Origin: Phyllobates terribilis
Taxonomy: Eukaryota
NCBI RefSeq assembly: GCF_046119375.1
Contig: NW_027362768.1
Span: 196,912,001-196,976,000 of the forward strand
Direction: 5' to 3'
Length of the DNA: 64,000 bases
The notes below the pieces were generated by a model. It was given only the letters and a program-made list of their open reading frames with translations. It did not search any database and was not told the origin of the DNA. Positions 1-11,761 of this stretch are shown one piece after another; within the stretch, counting starts at the first letter, position 1, and every line of letters begins with the position of its first letter. The position numbers and the translations under genes were made by a program.

Positions 1-42
1 TGTCACATAAAAATAATGGGCTTTCAAGTAAGAGTGGTATTT

Positions 43-53
43 CGACTACGCCA
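43..53 (-). promoter_or_regulatory. Putative primer-binding site (tRNA-Ser 3' end complement)
   Basis: Minus strand reads TGGCGTAGTCG, 2 nt after an ...CCACA LTR-like end. This is complementary to the vertebrate tRNA-Ser 3' end CGACTACGCCA; the match is only 11 nt. Confidence 0.5.
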
Positions 54-55
54 CC

Positions 56-1279
56 TGTGGTTTCTGGTGATGGACACCAGCGCTGCTTCAGTCCACTGAG
101 GCTGGTGTTAGGGGCAGCTAGGATGGAACGGCTCCCCGCAGGAGTGTGATGAGGAATGGTGGGTGCAGTGCCGCGCAGGAAATAACAGGCTGAGGCGGTG
201 TGTGAAGTCATCCGGGGTTTTACTCACATTCAGATGAATTTTCAGCCACAAAGCTTCTCTCTGCTTCACACGGCGTACTGTGGCCACCAGGAAGGGGGTT
301 CAGCACTTCTCAGGTAGATCAGGAGCACCTGTCGAGACCCCTGCGGTGTGTGTTCCTCTCCTTGGCAAGTTCTCCCACTAAGTCTTCTGACTGTGTGTGG
401 TACGAACGTGGTGTAAGGCCGGGTCCCACTGGATAAACACAGTGTGAGAGATACAGGTGGCGTACTCCGCTCCGTCCGTATCCCCCTGGGATCCACTAAG
501 CCTCCGGGCTTTTCTGACTGAGACATGAAGTAACAAAGTCAGATATCGGGGGCCGGTCACCCCTCTTGCAGCAGGAGTCCCTCTGACTAGGCCAGAATAA
601 AGAATACAGGTGGCGACTCCGCTCCGTCCGTATCCCCCTGGGATCCACTAAGCCTCCGGGCTTTTCTGACTGAGACATGAAGTAACAAAGTCAGATATCG
701 GGGGCCGGTCACCCCTCTTGCAGCAGGAGTCCCTCTGACTAGGCCAGAGTAAAGAATACAGGTGGCGACTCCGCTCCGTCCGTATCCCCCTGGGATCCTT
801 TTGCCTGTGGAGCCTATCTCCTCTGCTCCCCTCCCAGGCCTTCTTAGGTCAGGACCTTGACCGGGTAGAGACACTGGTTAACTCTGACCCGCTCCTCGTC
901 TCGAGGCCAGAGTACGAGGACCGTGTATCTTCAGTCAGCTGCAGACTTTTGCTGGACTCTGGCAGAAGACCACAAGCAAAGACCTTGAACTTAAGATGGC
1001 CGTAGATTAAATATGAATCAATAAGTGTTTCCTAAAAGGGTGTCCTCCACCCTCACCCACTACATGGTTCCCCCTATCTTTGGTTCCCCCCCATCTCCTC
1101 TATCCCGGACCGGGGCAGCACCCTGGTGCATTTAGGCCCCCTACAGGACAGGAGTGGTGTAGTGTTGAGTGGCGAAGTGGGGTCCTGAGAAGCGCTCCAT
1201 CTTTACCTGGAAAAGGAGTTACCACACCTCTACTGAGGTGCAGTACCCCTGTGGCGACTGAACCCTCAGGGGCGCCACA
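56..1279 (-). mobile_element. Probable LTR of an LTR retrotransposon (internal region would run off the left edge)
   Basis: Terminal inverted TGTGG (56-60) and CCACA (1275-1279), an adjacent PBS-like motif at 53-43 and an internal 152-bp tandem repeat. No coding region lies in the window. Confidence 0.5.
451..797. repeat. 152-153 bp tandem repeat, about 2.3 copies, inside the putative LTR
   Basis: Units start ATACAGGTGGCG at 451, 604 and 756. Confidence 0.9.
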
Positions 1280-2804
1280 TTATTATCAAGATAAGAGCGG
1301 AGAAGACCCTGGTGACCTCTCTAGGCTGCACAAGATCCATCTTCCTACAGAGCGTTCATCCATCACGTCATGGCTCAAGATCGGGCAGAAGGCCATTAAT
1401 AATAATATTGTTATCCTTTCACATACTCAGGTGCCTCTACTGCAGCTCCATGCTTTGCTGATTGAGTGAACACTCGTCCTGTGACAAACCTTCCTTCCTC
1501 ACTTCCAGGGTGGTTTGAGCTCTTCGAATGCCGATTTCAGATATTCACGGCCACCGCCCCGTATTTGCATTTAATCGCCTCGCTCTTTCTGCCTGCTGCA
1601 CGTAGTTTGCATTATTACATTTTTTGCATAGTTGGTGACTATTTCAGCTATTAGCGGATCAAACCCTGAAGTCAGTTATTCTATAAATCTCTATATGCAG
1701 CTACTTTACAATGTGCAAAATATTATATTTTTGCAATTGTTTTTATTTCCTCATTGGCCAGTGACCAGACAATGGTCTTTTAAGCTTATTTTGCTTATAT
1801 GGACATTATTTTTCTTTTTTTATATGCACAATTTTTCCAGCAATGCATTTAATGTTTGGAGAGTTGAGGGGATTTTTTTTTTATATATATATAATAAAAT
1901 TAATACTAATTAATTATCCTCTTGTATTTATTGATGTGCTTATTACTTCTGGATTGTCTGTGTCCTTCCCCCCCACCCTATTGTTCATTAAAGGGATTTA
2001 TGTAGCAATTAAAAACCGGACTAAAAGGATCCGCTACATGGAAGAATCACTAGTCCCAAATCTTGTAGGAATCCCACTTATAGTATGACCTTCCACCCCT
2101 GAGGCGCCCGTATCACCCGGTATTGGAGGTTTTCCTGCCGGCCCCACTATGGTGTTCTATATTGGGAAGGTTTCGCCCACTGGGGAACATCACGCGGCTT
2201 ATTCTGCTGTACACGCAGCGTCCTGCCCTCGCCTGACACCGGTCCCCATTCCATAGTCATTACATTATATAATGCGACCTGTACATTATGTGCGAGCTCA
2301 GTGATTGGCTGCAGCGCTGTCGACGTGATCGGAGCAGCAGTGGAGACACAGCAGGACCTGAGGGTGAGAAATGGGCTAAAAATATTTTAAACAGGACAAT
2401 CCCTTGAAATGCAAATATTTTAAGTTAAAAGTAATTTTTGCAATTGGGTTTCATTCACCTTTTTGCAGCGTTTGGCTTGTTACAGGCTCTTTGTTTCCCT
2501 GCACATTGTTAGCTGCAGAGTTAACTGAGAATTTGTCAGTGATCTCATTAGTTTGTCTGACTTTTATCTGTCTTTTTTCTAAACTGATTTATCACCACGT
2601 CAAAGTTCTGTTCAACTCTGATGTGGTCCGTTGATATAAATTAGCTGAGAGGAGTTTTAGGAAAAGACAGATAAGAGTTAAAAACTCCCAGTCAGTTGGA
2701 GCTCACTGAAGGATTCTCAGTTAACTAATTCTGCAAACAGTAAGGTTCAAGCGAAAGAAAAGAGCCTGTAAAAAAAACAAATGGTGCAACATTTTTTAAA
2801 TAGA

Positions 2805-3086
2805 AAAAAACCTACAAGAAGCAAAAATGAACAAAAACCCTGCTGTAAAAAAAAAAAAAAAAAAGCAAAAGTGCATTTAAATAACATAGGATTCTTAGTC
2901 ACACTGTTTTTGATCAAAAATAGTAGAAAAGCTATCCCGCCACGGCACGGTGACCCCATTCGGGATGGTCCTACTCTGTCTAATATTAAAAACCTTGCCA
3001 TGTGTCAAAGTTGACCTCAATGTGTGAATAAGGGCAGACAAAGGACCGGGTCCTGAACTCTGGACACCATCCAAGAGAAGCTTTAT
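2805..3086. repeat. Left arm of a diverged ~280-bp inverted repeat
   Basis: Reverse complement of about 8647-8925, e.g. CACCATCCAAGAGAAGCTTTATA vs revcomp CACCAGCCAAGGGAAGCTATATA. The ORF track shows the same peptide SALIHTLRSTLTH on opposite strands. Confidence 0.85.
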
Positions 3087-3362
3087 AAGGCCAGTTTCAC
3101 ACGTCCGTATATTTCCAGTACCGGAAAAAAAGGTACCGGAGATATCCGTTTCCCGTGTGTTCGTGTGTGTCACACGTGTGCCGCATCAGAATCACATGGA
3201 CCGGCGCCTGGGAATCAGTGTACAGTTAGCGCCGGGTGCTGAACACTGCACTCATCATGGTTCCCTGCCGGCGCGGCGATCAGCACCAGCAGGGACAATG
3301 ATGAGGGTAGTAGTCTGCTCCCGCAGTGTCCCTGTGTAAACATAAGAATAAAATAAAAAATC

Positions 3363-3784
3363 TGTTAGAACCTTGCTCTTAGTTTTTTTTTCCTTTGCTG
3401 GTCACATGACCTTGTTGGCCTATTTAAGCCTGCTCCGCCCTTCTGGCTTTGCTGGACTTCATTGTATAACTACTTTCTAGCTAGCCTGTGCTCTGTATCT
3501 TACTCTGTTAGTTTGCTTGGTCTACGGACCTCTATGTTCTATATATTTTGTTTGTTCGTCTGTCTGCTACTATTTCTGTTAGGAGGTGTCCCATATTCCT
3601 CCCAGTCCTTAGTACTTGTAGGGATTCCTTCCCCACATCTATAGGTCTCCGTACAGACTAGCTTAGGACTTTAGCAGGTCTGATCGCAGGATCAGGTTCC
3701 CTGTTACATCGTAGGGATTCAGCTGAGTTCTATCGTAGGGACAGATCTCCTCTCTTTCCTTAGCTCTGGTAGCAGAACATAACA
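3363..3784 (+). repeat. 5' LTR (422 bp)
   Basis: TGTTAGAACC...GAACATAACA, with TATA-like CCTATTTAAG at 3419-3428. Confidence 0.97.
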
Positions 3785-3832
3785 GTAAGTCCAGCCTGCA
3801 AATTCTCTAAGGAAAGATTTTTCTGTTCCATC

Positions 3833-6800
3833 ATGGTGTCGGTTCAGGATTTGGCTCATCGCCTGCAGGGACTCTCTCTGGAGGTGGCCGAGCTCCGTCA
3901 GCACGTGAGTAACTGTCCTGGAGCACATTTCTTGGAGCCTAAGGTATGTTTGCCGGATTTATTTTTTCGTGAACATCGAGAATTTTTTTCATTTAAAAAT
4001 GCTTGCTTATTGTATTTTCGTTTGAGACCCAAGTCCTCTGGGGATGAATCCCAGCGCATAGGGTTCATAATGTCACTTTTGCGCAAAGAGCCTCAGGAGT
4101 GGGCCTTTTCTTTGCAACCTAGTGATACATGCTTCAGATCAGTGGATAGTTTTTTTTCTGCTTTGGGACTATTATATGATGATCCTGACCGTGTTGCATC
4201 AGCTGAGACTGAGTTGAGACGTTTGAAACAGGGATCAGGTAATGTGGAAAAATATTGTACTCATTTCCGTCGTTGGTCTACTCAAATAGGGTGGAACGAT
4301 TCTGCTCTGAAAAGTCTATTTCTTGCTGGGCTCAGTGAAAGGGTTAAAGACCTGCTAATTGCTTATCCTACACCTGAAGATTTGCAACAGGCTATGCAAT
4401 TAGCTATACGGGTGGATAGGAGACTGCGTGCAAGGGTTAATGAGAGCAAATCCTCTGCTATGTCAGTTTCTGGTTATGAGAATGTGTGTACTAACAGTGG
4501 TGAACCGATGGAGATTGGATCGGTGGCACCTCGCTCTCAAGAAAAAGACCGTCGATTTTCTGAAGGCTTGTGTTTCTATTGCGGAAAATCTGGTCATTTG
4601 ATTAAAGGCTGTGAGCTTCGTATGAAGAAAGAAAAAAAAATGGTCAGTCATGCCCGTATTGCCTGTTTAAATTCCAAGGGTGTATTTTTAGCTGCTTCCA
4701 CGATTGCTCAGGAAAAATTAATGGAATTTTGGGTGTTTGTTGATTGTGGGTCTACTCTGAATGTAATTGATGGGGGATTCTTGGAAAGACTCAATTTAAA
4801 ACCTGAACCTTTATCATCCCCCATTGCTGTGGTTTCTGTGGATGGTTCCCCTTTGAAGAATATTACTCTCAAGGTCAGTGAATTTCCTCTCACTATTAAT
4901 GGTGTTCACCATGAGAAATTGGATTTGGTAGTGTTGAATAACTTGCCTTCTCCAGTAATATTGGGATTGCCCTGGTTAAAATTTCACAATCCTGTACTGG
5001 ATTGGTCTACCAGTGAAATTAAATCCTGGAGCCATAAATGTTATGACAAGTGTTGTAACGGGCGTATTGCAGCTTTGGATAGGGGAGAATTGCCTGTTCC
5101 TATTCAGGATTTTTGGAGAGTTTTTTCTGAGAAGGAATCGCAGGTTTTGCCTCCCCATAGAGACTATGATTGTTCTATTGAATTTGTCCCTGGAGCGACT
5201 CTTCCTAAAAGTCGTTTATTTAACCTTACTATTCCTGAGAGGAAGGCTTTGGAGGAATACATACAGACAAGTTTGGCCGCCGGTCACATTAGGCCCTCTA
5301 AGTCTCCTGTGGCGGTTGGATTTTTTTTTGTAAAAAAAAAGGACGGCGGTTTACGTCCTTGTCTGGATTTTCGTGAGATTAACAAAATTACGGTACGCAA
5401 TCCTTACCCACTGCCATTGATTCCTGATCTGTTTAACCAGATAATGGGGGCCAAGTGGTTCTCTAAAATTGACCTTAAGGGGGCATACAATCTGTTGCGC
5501 ATGAAGGAGGGTGATGAATGGAAGACTGCTTTTAACACTCCTGTGGGTCATTTTGAGAATCTGGTTATGCCTTTTGGTCTTACTAATGCTCCTGCATTTT
5601 TTCAGAATCTTATTAATGACATCCTTAGACCTTTGATCGGCAAAAATGTGGTTGTGTATTTGGATGACATTTTGATTTATTCGCCGGATCTGGAGTCTCA
5701 TTGGCGGAGCGTACGTGAGGTATTACAGTTGTTAATGGACAATTCGCTTTTTGCTAAGCTGGAGAAATGTGAGTTCGCTGTACAGAGAATTAGTTTTTTG
5801 GGCTACATTATCTCCAGCAAAGGTTTTGAGATGGACCCGGTTAAAGTTCAAGCTGTACAGGAATGGCCTAGGCCTATTGGTTTGAAATCGATACAGAGGT
5901 TTTTAGGTTTCGCCAATTATTACAGAAAATTCATAAAAATTTTTCTAGTATTGTCAAACCTCTGACTGATCTCACCAGGAAAGGTGCTGATGCGGTTCAG
6001 TGGTCTTCTGAGGCCATTGAAGCTTTTGTGTATCTCAAGGAGAGGTTCACCTCTGCTCCCATCCTTATGCAGCCTGATGTTACTAGGCCGTTTTTGGTTG
6101 AGGTTGATGCTTCCTCTGTGGGGGTTGGCGCAGTATTGTCTCAGGATAACGGGGATGGATTACATCCCTGTGCCTTTTTTTCAAAAAAATTTTCGGAGAC
6201 TGAACTGAATTACGATATTGGTAATCGGGAATTATTGGCTATTAAACTCGCATTTGAACACTGGCGTCACTTCTTGGAAGGTGCGGAATTTCCCATTCAG
6301 GTTCTTACGGATCATAAAAATCTGATATATCTTGATGCTGCCAAGCGCCTGAATGCCCGTCAGGCTAGGTGGGCACTGTTTTTCTCGCGGTTTAATTTCT
6401 CCGTTACTTACATCCCTGGTACTAAGAATGTTAAGGCGGATGCCTTGTCTCGCAGTTTTTCTCCCATAGTCGGTGCTGAGAAAGAGGAGAACATTTTACA
6501 AGAAGGTGTTGTGATAGCTGCTTTGGACTCCGTTTTGGAAGATGAGATTCTTAAAGCTCAGGAGAATGCCCCATCTAACACTCCTCATGGGAGGTTGTTT
6601 GTGCCTGGGACCTTTAGGAGAGATTTATTTGTTGACTGTCACGAATCTCGGTTGGCAGGTCATCCCGGAATCTCTGAGACCAAGAGACTGGTGGGTCGCA
6701 GTTTTTGGTGGCCTGGATGGCAGAAGGAAGTCATTAAGTGGGTGCGTCAATGTACTATATGTGCTAGATCTAAGTCCTCACATACTCCTGCTGCGGGGTT

Positions 6801-7899
6801 GCTTTGTCCTTTGGAGGTTCCCAGTGCTCCTTGGACACATTTGGCTATGGACTTTATAACTGACCTTCCCCCCTCTGAGGGTTTTACTGTCATCTGGGTG
6901 GTCGTGGACCGTTTTAGCAAGATGTGTCACTTGGTTCCCTTCATCAAACTGCCCTGCACTAAAACTCTCGCTAAGGCCTTTGTCAAGGAAATTGTCAGAC
7001 TTCATGGAGTTCCTACTGACATTGTTTCTGATAGGGGTCCTCAGTTCGTGGCTCGTTTTTGGCGTGCCTTTTGTGACAGGTTGGGAGTTCATTTATTGTT
7101 CTCGTCCGGATATCATCCTGAATCTAATGGCCAGACAGAAAGGAAAAACCAGGATGTTGAGCAGTTCTTGCGTTGTTTTGTGGCAGACAATCAAGAGGGG
7201 TGGTCTGAGTTTCTGCCACTTGCTGAATTTGCTCTGAATAATCATACATCTTCTTCTGCTGGGTGTTCGCCTTTTTTTTGTTGTTCTGGGAGACATCCGT
7301 CGTTTGGGTCGTTCTCCAAGTTGGGATCTGCCGTGCCTGAGGAGGAGAATTTTTCCGGTGATTTGGAAAGAGTTTGGACGGATGTGCGTGGTAATCTTCA
7401 GGAGGCCAACAGAAAATCTAAGGACTACTTTGATAGGAAACGACAGGAGGTTTTGTTCGCTGTTGGTGACATGGTTTGGTTGTCCTCTAGGAATCTGCGG
7501 TTGAGGATTCCTTCTAAGAAATTGGGTCCCAAGTTTGTAGGGCCCTTTAAGGTGCTTCAGGTTGTCAACCAATCTGCTGTTAGGTTGGAGGTTCCTACCT
7601 CCTGGAGAATTAATCCGGTATTTCATGTCTCTCTGTTGAAAAAAGCTGTTGTGTCGGATGGTGACGCCTCTGCCTCTGTTCCTCCGGTGGTGGAGGACGG
7701 GGAATATGAAATTTCTCGCATCCTTAACTCTAGACTGTATAGAGGTAGTTTGCAGTATCTTGTGGCCTGGAAAGGTTTCGGACCCGAGGATAACTCTTGG
7801 GTGAGGTCAGATGATGTTTCCGCGTCCAGACTTATCAGAGCGTTTCACAGGAGATTTCCTGATAAGCCTGGTCCTAGGGGATCCGGAGGATCCTCTTAG
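3833..7899 (+). pseudogene. gag-pol polyprotein (Gag, CCHC, PR, RT, RNase H, IN, chromodomain) broken by one -1 nt frameshift near 5935-5940
   Basis: CFYCGKSGHLIKGC knuckle, VDCGS protease, YLDD RT, RNase H (VDASSVGVGA...ELLAI...TDHKNL), HHCC plus DDE integrase and chromodomain YEISRILNSR...YLVAWKGFGPEDNSW. Adding one A to the A5 run restores RKFIKNFSSIVKPLTDLTRKG. Confidence 0.93.
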
Positions 7900-7910
7900 A
7901 AGGGGGGGTA
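7898..7910 (+). promoter_or_regulatory. Polypurine tract
   Basis: AGAAGGGGGGGTA just upstream of the 3' LTR. Confidence 0.85.
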
Positions 7911-7911
7911 C

Positions 7912-8333
7912 TGTTAGAACCTTGCTCTTAGGTTTTTTTTCCTTTGCTGGTCACATGACCTTGTTGGCCTATTTAAGCCTGCTCCGCCCTTCTGGCTTTG
8001 CTGGACTTCATTGTATAACTACTTTCTAGCTAGCCTGTGCTCTGTATCTTACTCTGTTAGTTTGCTTGGTCTACGGACCTCTATGTTCTATATATTTTGT
8101 TTGTTCGTCTGTCTGCTACTATTTCTGTTAGGAGGTGTCCCATATTCCTCCCAGTCCTTAGTACTTGTAGGGATTCCTTCCCCACATCTATAGGTCTCCG
8201 TACAGACTAGCTTAGGACTTTAGCAGGTCTGATCGCAGGATCAGGTTCCCTGTTACATCGTAGGGATTCAGCTGAGTTCTATCGTAGGGACAGATCTCCT
8301 CTCTTTCCTTAGCTCTGGTAGCAGAACATAACA
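7912..8333 (+). repeat. 3' LTR (422 bp)
   Basis: By eye, identical to the 5' LTR except one base (T3383 vs G7932). Confidence 0.97.
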
Positions 8334-8441
8334 AAATCCTTATACTAACCTGTCCTAGGTGTCCCCTACTGTAATCCTCTGACACACGGGACACGGATAT
8401 CTCCGGTACCGGAAATATAAGGACGTGTGAAACCAGCCTAA

Positions 8442-8645
8442 GGCCATGGCCCCACTATCAGTATTTGGTCAGTATTCAGTCAGTATTTTTCCTCAGGAGT
8501 GGGAGCCAAAACGAGGTGAGGAACAATCAGAGAAAAGGTATAATAGAAACAAGTCACCAATTCTGCATTTATCACCCACTCCTGGTTTTGGCTCCCACTC
8601 CTGAGGAGAAATACTGACCAAATACTGATAAGTGGGGCCGTGGCC
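8442..8645. mobile_element. Harbinger/PIF-like MITE (204 bp)
   Basis: TIR GGCCATGGCCCCACTATCAGTATTTGGTCAGTAT vs revcomp GGCCACGGCCCCACTTATCAGTATTTGGTCAGTAT; flanked by TAA/TTA. Confidence 0.8.
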
Positions 8646-8646
8646 T

Positions 8647-8925
8647 TATATAGCTTCCCTTGGCTGGTGTCCACAGTTCGGGCCCCGGTGGTTGTCTGCC
8701 CTTATTCACACATTGAGGTCAACTTTAACACATAGTAAGGTTTTTAATATTAGACAGAGTAGGACCATCCTGAATGGTTCACCTTGTCGTGGTGGGATAG
8801 CTTTTATACTATTTTTGATCAAAAACAGTGTTACTAAGAACCCTATGTTATTTAAATGCACTTTTGCTTTTTATGTTTTTACAGCAGGGTTTATGTTCAT
8901 TTTTGCTTCTTGTACATTTTTTCTG
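8647..8925. repeat. Right arm of the ~280-bp inverted repeat
   Basis: Reverse complement of about 2805-3086. Confidence 0.85.
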
Positions 8926-9530
8926 ATTAACGGCCAGTGTAAACATGCATTTATGTGCTGCATGTATACCAACTTAAACCAAACTCAGTTTTTGTAATTT
9001 TTTAAATAGAATCCAATTGCAAAATTTATTTTAGCCCATAATGCCTGCATCTAAGTAGAAGAAAAGTCAGTGATAGTTTATCTAAACGCACGATTGCTGG
9101 TCAGGGGAGCCCACCCTATTGCAGAATATAGACCCTCTGATGGTGGACGTGACTGAGCTGTCCTGTGAGTGGTCACTATGAGGTCATGACCAGGAGTTTG
9201 TACACCCGCTCCTCACCTGGATGGGGCCGGTAGCCGGTTAATCATTGTCCTTCCTGGGCACGTATAGCGCTTGCCCTGGAATAACGTCCCCCTGTGCCCG
9301 GGATCTGTCTCACTAATCCAGCGCTGCACTTTGAACGTTAAAAAGTCGACTTTGCAGAAAAAGATTTACTTACAATTGTATACGGTACGGTGTCCGCGGT
9401 CCACGGCGAAGACTCGGCGTGATGACACTTATTACTGGCAATGGAAAGGTTTATTACCTGCAGCGGTTTTCAGGATTCTCCACAAGATTCACATTACATC
9501 AGGTTTATAACACAAGGGCAGGTGTAGATA

Positions 9531-11127
9531 CAGTGGGGAAAATGAGTGTTTGATACCTGACGATTTTGCAAATTTTCCCCCCTAAAAAGAATGGAGAGGT
9601 CGGTCATTTATATTGTAGATACACTTCACGTGTGAGATGGAGTCTTAAAAAAAATCCAGAAAATCACATTGTAGGATTTTTACATAATTCATTTGCATTT
9701 TATTCCATGAAATAAGTATTTCATACAATAGAAAAACAGAACTTAATATTTGGTGCACAAACCTTTTGATACAATTACAGAGGTCACACGTTTCCTGTAG
9801 ATCTTGACCCGGTTTGCACACACTGCAGCAGGGATTTTGGCCCCCTCCTCCATACAGATCTTCTCCAGATCTTTCAGGTTTCGGGGCTGTCGCTGGGTAA
9901 CATTGAGTTTCAGCTCCCTCCAAAGATTTTCTATTGGGTTCAGGTCTGGAGACTGGCGAGGCCACTCCAGGATCTTGAAATGCTTCTTACGGAGCCGCTC
10001 CTTAGTTGCCCTGGCTGTGTGTTTCGGGTCATTGTCATGCTGGAAGACCCAGCCACGACCCATCTTCAATGCTCTTACTGAGGGAAGGAGGTTGTTGGCC
10101 AAAATCTTGTGATACATGACCCCATCCATCCTCCCTTCAATATGGTGCAGTCGTCCTGTCCCCTTTGCAGAAAAGCCCCTCAAAGTATGATGTTTCTCCC
10201 ACCATGCTTCACAGTTGGGATGGTGTTCTTGGGGTTGTACTCATCCTTCTTCTTCCTCCAAACACGGCGAGTGGAGTTGATACCAAAAAGTTCTCTTTTG
10301 GTCTCATCTGACCACATGACCTTCTCCCATGCCTCCTCTGAATCATCCAGATGGTCATTGGCGAACCTCAAAAGGGCCTAGGCATGTGCTGATGTGAGCA
10401 GGGGGACCTTGTGTGCCCTGCCAGATTTTAATCCATGACGGAGTAGTATGTTACTAACAGTAATGTTTGATACTGTGGTCCCAGCTCTCTTCTGGTCATT
10501 GACCAGGTCCTCCCATGTAGTTCTGGGCTGATTCCTGACCTTTCTCAGAATCATCCTTTCCCCACACGGTGAGATTTTGCATGGAGCCCCTTACCGAGTA
10601 AGATTGACAGTCATCTCGTGCTTCTTCCATCTTTTAAGAATTGTGCCAATAGTTGTTGCCTTCTCACCAAGCTGCTTGCCTATTGTCCTGTAGCCCATCC
10701 AGCCTTGTGCAGGTCTACAATTTTGTCCCTGGTGTCCTTAGACAGCTCTTTGGTCTTGGCCATGGTGGAGAGGTTGGAGTGTGATTGAGTGCGTGGACAG
10801 GTGTCTTTTATACAGGTAATGAGTTCAAACAGGTGAAGTTAATACAGGTAATGAGTGCAGAGTAGTAGGGCTTCTTAAAGAAAAACTAACAGGTCTGTGA
10901 GAGACAGAATTCTTGCTGGTTGGTCGGTGACCAAATACTTATTTCATGCAATAAAATGCAAATTATGTAACAATCATACAATGTGATTTTATGTTTTTTA
11001 TTTAGAGTTTCTGTCTCTCTCAGGTGAAGTGACTGACGATAAAGATTACAGATCTCTCCATTCTCTGTAGGTGGGAAAACCTGCAAAATCGGCAGTGGGT
11101 GAAAAATCATACTTCTTTTCCCCATTG
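9531..11127 (-). mobile_element. Tc1-like DD34E transposon, decayed
   Basis: TA-flanked CAGTGGGGAAAA / revcomp CAATGGGGAAAA ends with ~200-bp diverged inverted repeats. The transposase [22 protein letters not shown] starts at 10763 and is frameshifted; [15 protein letters not shown] and [11 protein letters not shown] give 34-aa D-E spacing. Confidence 0.92.
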
Positions 11128-11599
11128 TATATAGGGCACAGAAAGAGTTGGGCTCTGCTCGCCCCCAGGGGGTCGGACACCACACTGTAGGTCGTTTGGG
11201 CCTTTCCTGTGAATACGCCATAATTGTCCACATTGACAGTTCCCCATTAACCATTTGTACCAACACACAGGAAGATCTTTGCATTTGATCTGCAGCAAAA
11301 TCCACAAAAAAATGGTCTTTGAGGTTTTGATTTCCCCATTGAACGTAACGTTAAATTCTTGTGCATTTTGCTGGTACTGGATGTAACATCCGCAGCACTT
11401 CCACAGTCTGTGCACCGGCTCAAGCTTAGGACAAGTTTAGCCTCTAAATATCAGTAATATGGTTTCCACTTACTGACAGCAAGCAGAGATGTTGAATCCT
11501 GGTAGTGATGAACGCTCATCGCTAACGTTTCCTTCCATAGCGGATACTCCTTATAAATCCCGCAGACGGCTTTCATTGCAGCTTTTGCTTTTCTTTCAG

Positions 11600-11761
11600 G
11601 AGCGCTTCTCTTTGACAGATTTCAGGGGTTTTGGCTCGTTCACTCCGTTCCACATTTCCCCCCATTTCCAGAAGACGGCTTTGGATATCCTAACACCGGC
11701 AGACGCTACGGACAGGTCGCCCTGTGTGTGACGTACAAATATGACCAGTTCAAGCAGATCG
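11600..11761 (+). CDS. DNASE2B: Deoxyribonuclease II beta, coding exon (about exon 4, 162 bp)
   Basis: AG/GT-bounded. Encodes GALLFDRFQGFWLVHSVPHFPPFPEDGFGYPNTGRRYGQVALCVTYKYDQFKQI, with the DNase II WLVHSVP motif; phase is compatible with the next exon. Confidence 0.9.

Larger units (their letters stand above)
3363..8333 (+). mobile_element. Full-length Gypsy/Metaviridae chromovirus (sushi/Tf1 group)
   Basis: Two 422-bp TGT...ACA LTRs, 5-bp TSD AAATC (3358-3362, 8334-8338), PPT and a gag-pol ORF with C-terminal chromodomain. Confidence 0.97.
3089..8438. mobile_element. Harbinger/PIF-like MITE split by the Gypsy insertion (3089-3362 + 8339-8438)
   Basis: TIRs GGCCAGTTTCACACGTCC and revcomp GGCTGGTTTCACACGTCC; TAA target duplication at 3086-3088 and 8439-8441. 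Confidence 0.75.

Noticed and set aside
3462-3644. 60-aa ORF repeated identically at 8011-8193
   Set aside because: A chance ORF within the duplicated LTR, useful only as evidence of LTR identity.
5925-5950. Programmed -1 ribosomal frameshift within pol
   Set aside because: There is no in-frame X XXY YYZ heptamer, and the site lies inside the RT/connection region. A 1-nt deletion or sequencing error explains it better.
1280-11599. Earlier DNASE2B exons (GHTK catalytic exon)
   Set aside because: I could not find a matching AG/GT-bounded exon; it probably lies left of the window.
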